From a virus (Duplodnaviria; Caudoviricetes): DNA of 60,053 nucleotides. The notes beneath the pieces are model-generated. The model worked only from the letters and a program-made list of their open reading frames with translations, made no database searches and had not been told where the DNA came from. Each line of letters opens with the position of its first letter. Within the stretch, counting starts at the first letter, position 1. The position numbers were made by a program, and so were the translations under genes. Location of the stretch: IMG/VR virus record IMGVR_UViG_3300005239_000048, positions 1 to 60,053 of that record; one strand, given 5' to 3'. Of this stretch, positions 28,289-39,187 are shown piece after piece.

Positions 28289-28893
28289 TGAGGAGTGTTT
28301 TTGATTTTATCGTCACGCCTGTTGAAAATAGGTATGACAATGAAGTTGATATAAATGGTGATAAACTTATAGTTAATTCTAGCATAGAAAACTTTAAGTT
28401 AATAAGTAGAAAAGCTATAGTTGTTTCTACACCATCAGCTTATTCAACACCCATAGAAGAAGGTGACGAGGTTATAATACACCACAATGTATTTAGAAGA
28501 TATTATAACCACCAAGGTAAAGAAGTTGATAGTAGTAAAACGCTAAACGACAATCAATACTTATGCCAACTAGATCAAATATATCTTTACAAAAATATAT
28601 ATCAATGGAAACCTTTAGGTGAACATTGTTTTATAATACCAATAAAAAACACAGACGACTGGTCACAAGAAGTTGAAGTAAAAAATAAAGGTATAGTAAA
28701 GATAGGTAATAAAACCTTAAAAACTTTAGGTATAAACGAAGGTGATCTTGTTGGATTTAAATCTAATAGAGAGTTTGAGTTTGTTATAAACAAACAAAGA
28801 CTATACTGTATGCAATCAAATGATATTTTAGTTAAGTATGAGTTCAAAGGAAACGAGGAAGAATATAATCCAAGCTGGGCAAAGAGCAGTTGA
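28288..28893 (+). CDS. Divergent tandem GroES-like protein
   Basis: Two GroES-like halves (IEEGDEVII; KGIV...GINEGDLVGF...LYCMQSNDI). Confidence 0.55.
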   Translation: MRSVFDFIVTPVENRYDNEVDINGDKLIVNSSIENFKLISRKAIVVSTPSAYSTPIEEGDEVIIHHNVFRRYYNHQGKEVDSSKTLNDNQYLCQLDQIYLYKNIYQWKPLGEHCFIIPIKNTDDWSQEVEVKNKGIVKIGNKTLKTLGINEGDLVGFKSNREFEFVINKQRLYCMQSNDILVKYEFKGNEEEYNPSWAKSS

Positions 28894-29110
28894 GGAATTG
28901 ATAAAGGTAGCTAAAGAACCTATAGTTGATTCTGACGATGACATATCTGCTGATAGGCTTAAGAACGCAGCTGCTACAAAGAAGCTTGCTATATTCGATG
29001 CGTTTGAAATACTCGCTAGAATAGAAGAAGAAAAATCAATGCTTGACGGCGATGCTAAAGAAACTAAAGAAAAAAGTTTTAAAGGTTTTGCAGAGGGTAG
29101 ATCAAGGTAA
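28838..29110 (+). CDS. Putative terminase small subunit
   Basis: Small helical ORF coupled to the large terminase. Confidence 0.5.
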   Translation: MSSKETRKNIIQAGQRAVEELIKVAKEPIVDSDDDISADRLKNAAATKKLAIFDAFEILARIEEEKSMLDGDAKETKEKSFKGFAEGRSR

Positions 29111-31335
29111 TGTACAGGCAGTCTTTAGTTAAAACAATACAAGACCATATAAAACCTAAAGTTTTAAAAAGAAACAATAGGTATAAAAAATGGGAGTATG
29201 GTTATGATGTTGAACACGATATTATAATCATAAGCAAAAATGGAACTATAGGTGAAATTGTAGAAATACAAAATCTTAAAATAGCTTTACCTGAACAACC
29301 TGAAAATGTTTTTAGTATATCTAAAAAAACAGAAGAGCAAAAATGGGTTAAAGCAGAATATCCAAAAACATTATCTAAAATTAAAAGTGTTTTTGATTGG
29401 CAGAGATATCCTAATAGTTTTAAAGAAGAATGGTACGATTATATCGATGAAGAATTTAAAAGACGTGAACAAGGGTATTGGTTCTATAATAAAGGTTTGG
29501 CTACTTACATTACTGGTTCTCACTATATGTTCTTGCAGTGGAGCAAGATTGATGTTGGGGCGGCAGATTATAGGGAATCAAATAGATTATTCTACATTTT
29601 CTGGGAAGCTTGCAAAGCAGACCAAAGATGCTACGGTATATGTTACCTTAAAAACAGACGGTCTGGTTTCTCCTTTATGGCATCATCAGACACAGTTAAC
29701 CAAGCTACAATTAGCTCAGACTCAAGATTCGGTATACTATCAAAATCAGGGGCTGATGCTAAAAAAATGTTTACCGACAAGGTAGTACCAATATCAATTA
29801 ACTACCCTTTCTTTTTCCGTCCTATACAAGACGGTATGGATCGACCAAAAACAGAATTAGCATATAGGGTCCCGGCCTCTAAATTAACTCGTAGAAAGTT
29901 AGATGAAGGTATTGCATCAGAAGAAATAGAAGGTCTTGATACAACTATTGACTGGAAAAACACAGGTGACAACAGTTATGATGGTGAAAAACTAAAGTTG
30001 CTTGTTCATGATGAATCAGGTAAATGGGAAAGACCTGATAACATATTAAACAACTGGAGGGTTACAAAAACCACGATGAGACTTGGTAGTAAGATCGTTG
30101 GTAAGTGTATGATGGGTTCAACTAGTAACGCTATAGAAAAAGGAGGAGGAAACTTTAAGAAATTGTACTATGCTTCAGATGTCACGCAAAGAAACCGCAA
30201 TGGGCAGACTAGCTCAGGACTATATAGTTTGTTCATACCTATGGAATGGAACTACGAGGGATTCATTGATGCTTATGGCGTACCTGTATTCGACAAACCA
30301 AAAGACGCCATTAGAGATCCACACGGAGACCTTATCACAACAGGTGTTATCGAACACTGGGAAAATGAAGTAGATGGTCTTAAAAATGACCAGGATAGTT
30401 TAAACGAATACTACCGTCAGTTTCCACGTACAGAGAAACACGCTTTCAGAGATGAAGCTAAATTATCTTTATTTAATCTAACTAAAATATACGAGCAAAT
30501 AGATTATAATGAAGACATGAGGAATAAAACCTTAGTAACACAAGGTAACTTCCAATGGGCAGGAGGAGTAAAAGATACAACAGTTAATTTCATACCAGAA
30601 AACAATGGTAGGTTTTTAGTTTCTTGGATTCCATCTGCAAGATTACAAAATCGTGTAATAATAAAGAATGGAGTTAAACACCCAGGTAACGAGCACGTTG
30701 GTGCTTTTGGGTGTGACTCATATGATATATCGGGTACAGTAGATAATAAAGGTTCTAAAGGATCTTTGCACGGTCTTACAAAGTTTAGTATGGAAGAAGC
30801 GCCTTTTAATATGTTCTTTTTAGAATATATATCAAGACCTCCTACAGCTGAGATATTCTTTGAAGACGTACTTATGGCTTTACATTTTTATGGTATGCCT
30901 ATACTAGCAGAGAATAACAAACCAAGACTACTGTATTATTTAAAAAGAAGAGGTTATAGAAACTTCTCTATAAATAGACCTGATAAAACGTTTAACAAGT
31001 TATCAGTAGCTGAAAGAGAAATAGGTGGTATACCTAACTCAAGTGAAGATATTAAACAAGCGCACGCTGCTGCCATAGAATCTTATATAGAAGATTATGT
31101 AGGTTTAAAAGAAACTGAGTACGGTCAAATGTATTTTCAACGTACACTTGAAGACTGGGCTAAGTTTAACATAAACAATAGAACAAAATTTGATGCAACT
31201 ATAAGTTCTGGTTTAGCTATAATGGCTTGCAACAAAAACAAATACTCACCAGTGGCTGAAATAAAGAAAGAGCCAGTTAGTATTAATTTTACAAAATACG
31301 ATAACACAGGTTATTCTTCAAAAATAATAAAATAA
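29110..31335 (+). CDS. Terminase large subunit
   Basis: Walker A-like LKNRRSGFS, Walker B LLVHDESGK, MGST, nuclease GCD and D..IS motifs; precedes the portal. Confidence 0.88.
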   Translation: MYRQSLVKTIQDHIKPKVLKRNNRYKKWEYGYDVEHDIIIISKNGTIGEIVEIQNLKIALPEQPENVFSISKKTEEQKWVKAEYPKTLSKIKSVFDWQRYPNSFKEEWYDYIDEEFKRREQGYWFYNKGLATYITGSHYMFLQWSKIDVGAADYRESNRLFYIFWEACKADQRCYGICYLKNRRSGFSFMASSDTVNQATISSDSRFGILSKSGADAKKMFTDKVVPISINYPFFFRPIQDGMDRPKTELAYRVPASKLTRRKLDEGIASEEIEGLDTTIDWKNTGDNSYDGEKLKLLVHDESGKWERPDNILNNWRVTKTTMRLGSKIVGKCMMGSTSNAIEKGGGNFKKLYYASDVTQRNRNGQTSSGLYSLFIPMEWNYEGFIDAYGVPVFDKPKDAIRDPHGDLITTGVIEHWENEVDGLKNDQDSLNEYYRQFPRTEKHAFRDEAKLSLFNLTKIYEQIDYNEDMRNKTLVTQGNFQWAGGVKDTTVNFIPENNGRFLVSWIPSARLQNRVIIKNGVKHPGNEHVGAFGCDSYDISGTVDNKGSKGSLHGLTKFSMEEAPFNMFFLEYISRPPTAEIFFEDVLMALHFYGMPILAENNKPRLLYYLKRRGYRNFSINRPDKTFNKLSVAEREIGGIPNSSEDIKQAHAAAIESYIEDYVGLKETEYGQMYFQRTLEDWAKFNINNRTKFDATISSGLAIMACNKNKYSPVAEIKKEPVSINFTKYDNTGYSSKIIK

Positions 31336-33753
31336 ATGGTTTATACTAATGTTAATAGTTCTTTTCCAAGTCAGGTAGTACCAGACGCAGAGAAAAATAC
31401 TTATGATTACGGCTTAGCTGTAGGTAGAGCTATTGAAAACGAATGGTTTAGAGGTGACAAAGGTTTAGGCGCTGGTGGTCGTTTTGGTAATAGTTGGCAA
31501 GACTTTCACAGACTTAGACTATATGCTAGAGGTGAGCAGTCGGTTGCTAAATACAAAGACGAGCTATCTATTAATGGTGATTTATCTTATTTAAATTTAG
31601 ACTGGAAGCCAATACCTGTATTATCTAAATTTGTTGATATAGTAGTAAATGGTATGACAGATAAAGGTTATGAAATAAAATCTTTCGCTACAGATCCTTT
31701 TGCTATAAAGCAAAGAACTCAGTTTGTTTTTGATGCTATAAAAGATATGCAAAGCCGCAAGCAGATAGAAGCATTAAATGAAGCTACTGGACAAAACTTT
31801 TTTTCAAGTATAAATCCAGACGCGCTTACACAAAACGAAGAAGAGCTAGAGCTTTACATGCAGCTGAGCTATAAGCAATCTATAGAAATAGCAGAAGAAG
31901 AACTTATTGAAAATGTTTTAAATTATAATAAGTACGATGAAATTAAAAAACGTCTTGCTTATGATTTAGTTGTATTAGGTATATCAGCTGTTAAAACAGA
32001 CTTTAATTTAGCTAATGGTATTACTATTGATTATGTAGATCCTGCTAATTTAGTTTATTCATATACAGAAGATCCTAATTTTGAAGATATTTATTATGTA
32101 GGTGAAATGAAATCAATGAGTCTGCAAGAGGTTAAAAAACTTTTTCCTTATTTAACAGATTCAGAGTTAGAAGAAATACAAAAATATCCCGGTGATGCTA
32201 ACTACACCCGTAATTATTATGGTCAAGACGATCAATATAATCAGGTTCAAGTTTTATTTTTTGAATATAAAACCTATAATAACCAGGTATTTAAAATAAA
32301 ACAAACTGATCAAGGTCTTGAAAAAGCTCTAGAAAAACCAGATACATTTGATCCGCCTGAAAACGATAACTTTGAAAGAGTGCATCGGGCTATAGAAGTT
32401 TTATACAGCGGAGCTAAAATACTTGGGCATGAAAAAATGCTCAAATGGGAACTTGCTGAAAATATGACGCGTCCTTTTAGCGATCAAACTAAAGTGCAAA
32501 TGAACTACGCTATATCAGCGCCTAGAATGTATAAAGGTCGTATAGATAGTTTAGTTAGTAAATGTATTAGCTTTGCTGATATGATACAGCTTACACATTT
32601 AAAAATACAACAAGTGCTAGCGCGAACAGTGCCCGATGGTGTGTTTGTAGACGTAGATGGTTTAGCAGAGGTAGATCTTGGTAATGGTACAAGTTATAAT
32701 GCTCAAGAAGCTTTGAACATGTATTTTCAAACTGGTAGTATTGTAGGTAGAAGTTTAACCCAAGATGGTGATCCCAATAGAGGTAAAGTACCAATACAAG
32801 AATTACAAACTTCTTCTGGTATACAAAAAATCCAAGCGCTTACACAAACATATCAGTATTATTTACAAATGATTCGTGACGTAACAGGGTTGAATGAAGC
32901 TAGAGACGGTAGTCAACCAACCAAAGATGCTTTAGTAGGTTTACAAAAATTAGCCGCAGCCGCATCTAACACGGCAACAAAGCATATACTTCAATCATTA
33001 ATGTATTTAACAATAAGAGCTTGTGAAAATGTAAGTTTAAAAGCTAGTGACATGCTTAGCTTTCCTTTAACTAAAAACGCTTTGATTAGTTGTATAAATC
33101 AATATAACGTAGGTTCTTTAGAGGAAATAGAGAAACTAAATATGCATGAGTTTGGTATATTTTTAGAGTTAGAACCAGACGAAGAGCAGCAACAAATGCT
33201 AGAGCAAAATGTTCAAATAGCTTTACAGTCTGGAGGAATAAATCTAGAAGATGCTATAGATATTAGACAAATTAAAAATATTAAATTAGCTAATCAATAT
33301 CTAAAACAAAAACAAGCTGAAAGAGCTGAAGCCGCGGCAATGGCTCAACAGCAAAATATACAAATGCAAGCTCAAGCAAACGCTCAAGCTGCTGAACAAG
33401 CTGCTTTATCTGAGGTGCAAAAACAACAAGCGCTTACAGAAACTAAACTTCAACTTGAACAAGGTAAGTCACAGTTTGAAATACAAAAAATGGAATTAGA
33501 AGCTCAAATTAAAAAGCAATTAATGGCTGAAAAATTCCAATATGATATGCAATTAGCTAAGCTAGAAGTGGATGCGCAGAAAGAAAAAGAAGATAAAATA
33601 GAAGATCGCAAAGACGAGCGTGCTAGAATTATAGGTACACAACAATCAGAAATGATTGCGCAACGTCAAAACGATGAACTACCTAAAAACTTCGAGTCAT
33701 CTGGATTTGACTCACTAGGAGGATTTGGACTTGAACAGTTTGAACCTCGTTGA
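31336..33753 (+). CDS. Portal protein
   Basis: 805 aa after terminase; P.LSKFVDIVV, IRDVTGLNEAR.G; Q-rich coiled C-terminus. Confidence 0.82.
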   Translation: MVYTNVNSSFPSQVVPDAEKNTYDYGLAVGRAIENEWFRGDKGLGAGGRFGNSWQDFHRLRLYARGEQSVAKYKDELSINGDLSYLNLDWKPIPVLSKFVDIVVNGMTDKGYEIKSFATDPFAIKQRTQFVFDAIKDMQSRKQIEALNEATGQNFFSSINPDALTQNEEELELYMQLSYKQSIEIAEEELIENVLNYNKYDEIKKRLAYDLVVLGISAVKTDFNLANGITIDYVDPANLVYSYTEDPNFEDIYYVGEMKSMSLQEVKKLFPYLTDSELEEIQKYPGDANYTRNYYGQDDQYNQVQVLFFEYKTYNNQVFKIKQTDQGLEKALEKPDTFDPPENDNFERVHRAIEVLYSGAKILGHEKMLKWELAENMTRPFSDQTKVQMNYAISAPRMYKGRIDSLVSKCISFADMIQLTHLKIQQVLARTVPDGVFVDVDGLAEVDLGNGTSYNAQEALNMYFQTGSIVGRSLTQDGDPNRGKVPIQELQTSSGIQKIQALTQTYQYYLQMIRDVTGLNEARDGSQPTKDALVGLQKLAAAASNTATKHILQSLMYLTIRACENVSLKASDMLSFPLTKNALISCINQYNVGSLEEIEKLNMHEFGIFLELEPDEEQQQMLEQNVQIALQSGGINLEDAIDIRQIKNIKLANQYLKQKQAERAEAAAMAQQQNIQMQAQANAQAAEQAALSEVQKQQALTETKLQLEQGKSQFEIQKMELEAQIKKQLMAEKFQYDMQLAKLEVDAQKEKEDKIEDRKDERARIIGTQQSEMIAQRQNDELPKNFESSGFDSLGGFGLEQFEPR

Positions 33754-33786
33754 AAATAAAATCCTTTAATTTTATACTATTATATT

Positions 33787-34971
33787 ATGTCAGAAGAAAT
33801 AAAACAAGAGGGAGAGTTTAAAATAAAAACTCCTACTAAACCTAAAAACTTAGGTAAATCAAACGAAGTAACTAAAATTGAAATACCCAAAGAAGGTATT
33901 GAATCTCAAGGAGAAGTAATTCCTGAGGTTACTAAAGTAGAAATAAAAAACGAAGATGCCGTTCAAACACAAGAGACAGATGATAGCAATGTTATTATCG
34001 AAGAGTCCCCAAACAGTAGCCACAGCGAAGAAGTGGTTGAAGAAATACGGACCGCCGACGAAGGAGTAGAATCTCCTTTAACTGTAGTTGAAGACACTGA
34101 AGAAGAAGTTGTTGAGGAACAACCACAACAAACAATTGTAGAGCAAAAACAATTACCAGAAAATATTGATAAGCTAGTTACTTTTATGGAAGAAACTGGT
34201 GGAACTGTGCAAGACTATGTTAGGCTTAACGCAGATTATACCAATGTTGATAATAAAACTTTAATTAGTGAATATTATAAACAAACTAAACCACACTTAG
34301 ATTCTGAAGATGTAAGTCTTTTATTAGAAGACTTTGATTATGATGAAGATATAGATGAACCAAAAGACATACGCAAAAAGAAAATTGCGTTCAAAGAGGA
34401 GGCTGCGAAAGCTAAAGACTTTCTTGAAGGCTTAAAAGGTAAATACTACGACGAGATCAAGTTGAGACCCGGCGTAACCCAAGAGCAACAAAAAGCATTA
34501 GACTTTTTCAACCGATACAATGAAGAGCAACAAACAGTAGAACAAAACAAACAGGCTTTTGTTAACCAAACTTCTAGTCTTTTTTCTAATGATTTCAAAG
34601 GTTTTGATTTCAACGTAGGAGAGAAAAAATTTAGATACGGTGTTAAAAATCCTGAAAGTGTAGCTGAAGCACAAAAAGATATAGCTAATTTTGTCAAGAC
34701 GTTCTTGAATGATAAAGGCCAAGTCGTTAAAGTTAAAGACTACCACAAAGCTTTGTATGCTGCTAGAAACGCTGACACCATTGCCCAACACTTTTATGAA
34801 CAAGGAAAAGCTGACGCTGTTAAAGATGTCATGGCTAAATCGAAAAATATTTCGACTGAGCCTCGTCAAACAGCTGCTGGTGAAGTATTTGTTAATGGAA
34901 TTAAAGTAAAAGCAATGAGCGGAGTTGATTCTTCAAAATTGAAAATCAAAAAAGTAACAATAAAAAACTAA
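33787..34971 (+). CDS. Capsid scaffolding protein
   Basis: Highly acidic N-terminus; lies between portal and MCP. Confidence 0.7.
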   Translation: MSEEIKQEGEFKIKTPTKPKNLGKSNEVTKIEIPKEGIESQGEVIPEVTKVEIKNEDAVQTQETDDSNVIIEESPNSSHSEEVVEEIRTADEGVESPLTVVEDTEEEVVEEQPQQTIVEQKQLPENIDKLVTFMEETGGTVQDYVRLNADYTNVDNKTLISEYYKQTKPHLDSEDVSLLLEDFDYDEDIDEPKDIRKKKIAFKEEAAKAKDFLEGLKGKYYDEIKLRPGVTQEQQKALDFFNRYNEEQQTVEQNKQAFVNQTSSLFSNDFKGFDFNVGEKKFRYGVKNPESVAEAQKDIANFVKTFLNDKGQVVKVKDYHKALYAARNADTIAQHFYEQGKADAVKDVMAKSKNISTEPRQTAAGEVFVNGIKVKAMSGVDSSKLKIKKVTIKN

Positions 34972-34983
34972 AAATAAATAATT

Positions 34984-36450
34984 ATGGCAACATTAAGTCC
35001 TTTATTTGGGAGTATAGTCCCAAGTCAACAACAACAATTGCTAGATACAAACTTCCTGTCTTTTAACGGAGGTACTGGTACTGGCGATTCCGATACATTT
35101 GCACAGCAGTATCTACCTGAGATCTACGAACAAGAAGTAGAGCGTTATGGAAACAGAACTCTTTCTGGATTCTTACGTATGGTAGGAGCTGAAATGCCAA
35201 TGACTTCTGATCAGGTTATCTGGTCTGAGCAAAACCGTTTACACATCTCTTATGATGGTTGTACCAACGATCAAACAAATACAATTACTATTCCTGTAGC
35301 AGCTGATGTTAAAAACGTTATTTCTCCACAAGCTACTATTGTAGCTTTAGATGGTGCTGGTAACGAGCTTAAAGCTGTTGTAACTGCTTCTAACCTTAGT
35401 ACCGGTGCACTTACTGTTGCCCCTTATGATGCTACTACAACTGCTGCGCTTGCTACAACTGGAATTAAAATCTTTGTATTTGGTTCTGAATATGCTAAAG
35501 GTTCTTCTACACCTAACAACACTTCAGCTACTGCAGCTGACGGATACGTAAGTGTAGATCCTTCTTTCACGCAACAATCCAACTCACCAATTATTATCCG
35601 TAACAAATATGTTGTTTCTGGTTCTGACACAGCTCAGATTGGTTGGGTAGAGGTTGCTACTGAAGATGGAACTGGAGGTTACCTATGGTATCTAAAAGCT
35701 GAGTCTGAAACTCGTCTACGTTTCGAAGATTATCTTGAAATGAGCGTAGTTGAAGGTGAAAAAGCTGATGACACTTTAGGTTCTGGTTCTGCTTTTAATG
35801 CTGGTTACAAAGGTACAGAAGGTTTATTCGCTGCTATTCAATCTCGTGGTAATGTAGAAGCTGGCTTTAACGCTGCTGCTAGTGCACTAGGAGAATTTGA
35901 TAATATCCTACGTAACTTAGACACGCAAGGAGCTATTGAAGAAAACATGCTTTTCTTAAATCGCGAAACGTCTCTAGGTTTTGATGATATGCTAGCTGGT
36001 ATCTCTAACGGTGCTAACGGTGGTACTGCTTATGGATTGTTCGAAAACTCTGAAGATATGGCATTAAACCTAGGGTTTAGTGGTTTCCGCAGAGGTTCTT
36101 ACGATTTCTATAAGACTGACTGGAAATATCTAAACGATGCTTCTACTCGTGGTGCTATTAGCGACGGATTAATCCCACCAGGTTATGGCGTAAGCGCTAT
36201 TGACGGGGTATTGATTCCTGCAGGTACATCAACAGTTTACGATCAAGTTCTTGGTAGTAATATTCGTCGTCCATTCTTACACGTACGATACAGAGCGTCA
36301 CAAACTGACGATCGTCGTATGAAGTCTTGGTTGACTGGTTCTGTTGGAGGTGCTTTCACATCTGATCTAGACGCTATGGAGGTTAACTTCCTATCTGAAA
36401 GATGTTTATGTGTACAAGGTGCAAACAACTTTGTATTATTTACTAAGTAG
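34984..36450 (+). CDS. Major capsid protein
   Basis: 488 aa after the scaffold, highly expressed-type codon bias, followed by a strong hairpin. Confidence 0.8.
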   Translation: MATLSPLFGSIVPSQQQQLLDTNFLSFNGGTGTGDSDTFAQQYLPEIYEQEVERYGNRTLSGFLRMVGAEMPMTSDQVIWSEQNRLHISYDGCTNDQTNTITIPVAADVKNVISPQATIVALDGAGNELKAVVTASNLSTGALTVAPYDATTTAALATTGIKIFVFGSEYAKGSSTPNNTSATAADGYVSVDPSFTQQSNSPIIIRNKYVVSGSDTAQIGWVEVATEDGTGGYLWYLKAESETRLRFEDYLEMSVVEGEKADDTLGSGSAFNAGYKGTEGLFAAIQSRGNVEAGFNAAASALGEFDNILRNLDTQGAIEENMLFLNRETSLGFDDMLAGISNGANGGTAYGLFENSEDMALNLGFSGFRRGSYDFYKTDWKYLNDASTRGAISDGLIPPGYGVSAIDGVLIPAGTSTVYDQVLGSNIRRPFLHVRYRASQTDDRRMKSWLTGSVGGAFTSDLDAMEVNFLSERCLCVQGANNFVLFTK

Positions 36451-36458
36451 ATTACTTT

Positions 36459-36498
36459 AAAGGTACGGGCGCTTCGGCGCCCTAAACCTTTATTTTAT
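36459..36498 (+). terminator. Terminator-like hairpin after MCP
   Basis: GGGCGC-TTCG-GCGCCC, outer AAAGGT/ACCTTT, T-rich tail. Confidence 0.75.
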
Positions 36499-36518
36499 TA
36501 ATTTTATTATATTATATT

Positions 36519-37289
36519 ATGTCAAAAACAAAAGAAGCCCCAACTGTAGAAAAAGGTTGGGAAATTAAAGATAGAACGTATCTAATAGTAGGAAGATACA
36601 AACCATTAACACTTAGAATACCATCAAAACATAGCGTTAAAAAACCTATGCTATGGTATGATAGTGAAACAAATCAACAAAGAGAACTTAGGTATGCTAC
36701 AAATATGAACTCACCGTTTGTAGATGAGCAGAAAGGCGAGGTAACATTAGGCACTATACTATTTAAAGACGGTGCTTTATTTGTTCCAAAAGAAAAACAA
36801 GCCTTACAAAAACTGTTATCTTTGTATCACCCAATGAATGGAAAACGTTATAAAGAGTTTGATTCTGTTGTTGAAGCAACTGACGAACTTGATATGATGG
36901 AACTTCAAATAGACGCGTTGAATGCTGCTAGAAGTATGGAGGTAGATCAAATAGAAGCTATACTAAGAGTTGAGTTTGGAAGCAAAGTAAATGATATGTC
37001 TTCTAAAGAACTAAAAAGAGATGTACTTATATTTGCTAGACAAAACCCAGTTTTATTTATAGAACTTGCTAAAGACGAAAATGTTCAACTAAGAAACTTT
37101 GCTATTAAAGCTGCTGAAGCTAAAATAATTAAGTTGTCAGATGATCAAAGATCTTTCTCTTGGGCATCAAACGGTAAAAAACTTATGACAGTACCATTTG
37201 ATGAAAATCCTTACTCTGCTATGGCAGCTTTCTTTAAGACAGACGAAGGCGTAGAAGTTTTCAAGTCTATCGAGAAAAAGTTAAAATAA
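36519..37289 (+). CDS. Hypothetical protein following MCP
   Basis: 256-aa ORF. Confidence 0.75.
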   Translation: MSKTKEAPTVEKGWEIKDRTYLIVGRYKPLTLRIPSKHSVKKPMLWYDSETNQQRELRYATNMNSPFVDEQKGEVTLGTILFKDGALFVPKEKQALQKLLSLYHPMNGKRYKEFDSVVEATDELDMMELQIDALNAARSMEVDQIEAILRVEFGSKVNDMSSKELKRDVLIFARQNPVLFIELAKDENVQLRNFAIKAAEAKIIKLSDDQRSFSWASNGKKLMTVPFDENPYSAMAAFFKTDEGVEVFKSIEKKLK

Positions 37290-37306
37290 CATGTAACAAT
37301 AGTATA

Positions 37307-37328
37307 TGGGCCCGTTCGCTCGGGCCCA
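37307..37328 (+). other. GC-rich intergenic hairpin
   Basis: TGGGCCCG-TTCGCT-CGGGCCCA; no T tract on the + strand. Confidence 0.55.
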
Positions 37329-37346
37329 ATACTTAAAAAAATATAA

Positions 37347-38039
37347 ATGGCAATAAATGTAAACGACGTATATAAAGCCGTGCTAGTAGTTTTAGACCAG
37401 AATAATAGAGGGCCTCTTGCCCCAACTGAGTTTAATAAAATAGCTACGCAGTCTCAACAAGAAATATACACAGAATACTTTAACGAGTTAAACTTATTGC
37501 TCAGACTACCTAAAACAGATGTGGCGCAAGCAGATAGAATAGCTTTGTTAGAAGAAAAAATAGCTTTATTTAAAGGCAATACTTCTATTAATTTTACATC
37601 TGGTACTACAGTTGTTTTGACTTCTAGCATTAAAGAAGTTAATACAGTTTCTTATAAAACCGAAGAGGTAGAAAGAATAGAACAGCGCGATCTTTATACA
37701 ACAAACAAATCACCATTAACAGCTCCTTCTGCTAAATATCCTGTATACACTATAAACGATAGGCAATTAAAAGTATATCCAACAACTCTTACTGGTGGTG
37801 TAGATATAGACTATTTAAGCTTTCCTTCTGATGTTAAATGGAATTTTACAGTAAACCAAGAGTTTGGTAATTATGTTTATAGTTCTTCTGGTTCTACTGA
37901 TTTTGAAATACATGAGTTTGATCAACCTTTGTTAGTTAGTAAAATACTAGCTTACGCAGGCGTTTTATCAAATGATCAACTAGCAGCTTCTTTAGCTTCT
38001 AGCAAAGAACAAAAAATAGATATTGACGGGCAAAAATAA
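37347..38039 (+). CDS. Tail ring/adaptor protein, paralog A1
   Basis: MAINVNDVYKAVL...RG...P.EFN; paralog of 38426-39184. Confidence 0.7.
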   Translation: MAINVNDVYKAVLVVLDQNNRGPLAPTEFNKIATQSQQEIYTEYFNELNLLLRLPKTDVAQADRIALLEEKIALFKGNTSINFTSGTTVVLTSSIKEVNTVSYKTEEVERIEQRDLYTTNKSPLTAPSAKYPVYTINDRQLKVYPTTLTGGVDIDYLSFPSDVKWNFTVNQEFGNYVYSSSGSTDFEIHEFDQPLLVSKILAYAGVLSNDQLAASLASSKEQKIDIDGQK

Positions 38040-38045
38040 TAAAAA

Positions 38046-38417
38046 ATGGCAGGAGATTTAATCAACGGTAGTGTATCTTTAAATGATCTTATAAATAACT
38101 TTTTATTGTTATATATAGGACCTGACAAACTTATACCTGAAGTAGAAAGAACAGATGTAATATTTTACGCTAAACGATCTATACAGGAGTTTAATTATGA
38201 GACTTACTATACTCAAGAAGGTTTTACACCTCCAATTATTACCACTCCAGTTATAGTTCCAAAGCTAGCAGAAGATTATTTATACACTAGCATAGCTTAT
38301 TATATGCTTTCAGATATGGAAAATCCTAATCCAAACATACTACAAAAGTTAATTTTAGAGAAAAGAGAAAAACTAAAAGAAGCTAAATCAAGGTTAGTAT
38401 TTACTAATTTTAATTAA
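38046..38417 (+). CDS. Miniaturised ring protein, paralog B1
   Basis: SL.D.INNF...DKLI....RTD.IF.AKR..QEF.Y and PK.AE..LY shared with 39188-40399. Confidence 0.7.
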   Translation: MAGDLINGSVSLNDLINNFLLLYIGPDKLIPEVERTDVIFYAKRSIQEFNYETYYTQEGFTPPIITTPVIVPKLAEDYLYTSIAYYMLSDMENPNPNILQKLILEKREKLKEAKSRLVFTNFN

Positions 38418-38425
38418 TAATAAAC

Positions 38426-39184
38426 ATGGCTATTAATGTAAATACAGTTTACCAAACCGTTTTGTTAATTATAAACAAAGAACAGCGAGGTTATATTACA
38501 CCTGACGAGTTTAACAAAACAGCTACACAGGTTCAACTAGATATATTTGAACAATACTTTGATAGTTTAAATCAGCAAATTAGAGTCCCTCAAACTAATT
38601 TTGATTACTCTAATAGACAAACAAATATAGATAATAAAATATCACAGTTTAAATGTTTTGGAAATTGCAGTTATTCTGCAGGCAGTTTTAACTTACCAAC
38701 TACTGATACTAATAGTGGTTATACTATTATATACAATGGATCTGTAGGCGCGAATCAATTTGCTTTTTATACTCTAGGAGATCCTGTGTATACTGGAGGA
38801 ACATACGATGCTGACATACAAAGAGCTCAAAGAAATAATATATATAAAATATTAAAATCAGATTTAGCATCTCCAAGTAATGAATATCCTGTTTATATAT
38901 ATGAAAATAATAAAATTAAAGTATATCCTCTTAGTATAGTAAGTGGTGTTTCGACTTCATTTTTAAGAAAACCTTTAAATGTTAAATGGGCTTATTCAAC
39001 TGGAGGTCAAGGTCAATATATATATGATTCAAGTAATTCTCAAAACTTTGAATTAGAATCTAGTGAACAAGTTAATGTAATACTTAGAATACTTCAATAC
39101 TCTGGTATTATAATTAGAGATACTCAAATAGTTCAAGCGGCTGCAGCTGAGATACAACAAAACGAAGTTAATTCAAAAAGCTAA
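38426..39184 (+). CDS. Tail ring/adaptor protein, paralog A2
   Basis: MAINVNTVYQTVL...RGY.TP.EFN. Confidence 0.7.
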   Translation: MAINVNTVYQTVLLIINKEQRGYITPDEFNKTATQVQLDIFEQYFDSLNQQIRVPQTNFDYSNRQTNIDNKISQFKCFGNCSYSAGSFNLPTTDTNSGYTIIYNGSVGANQFAFYTLGDPVYTGGTYDADIQRAQRNNIYKILKSDLASPSNEYPVYIYENNKIKVYPLSIVSGVSTSFLRKPLNVKWAYSTGGQGQYIYDSSNSQNFELESSEQVNVILRILQYSGIIIRDTQIVQAAAAEIQQNEVNSKS

Positions 39185-39187
39185 TAA

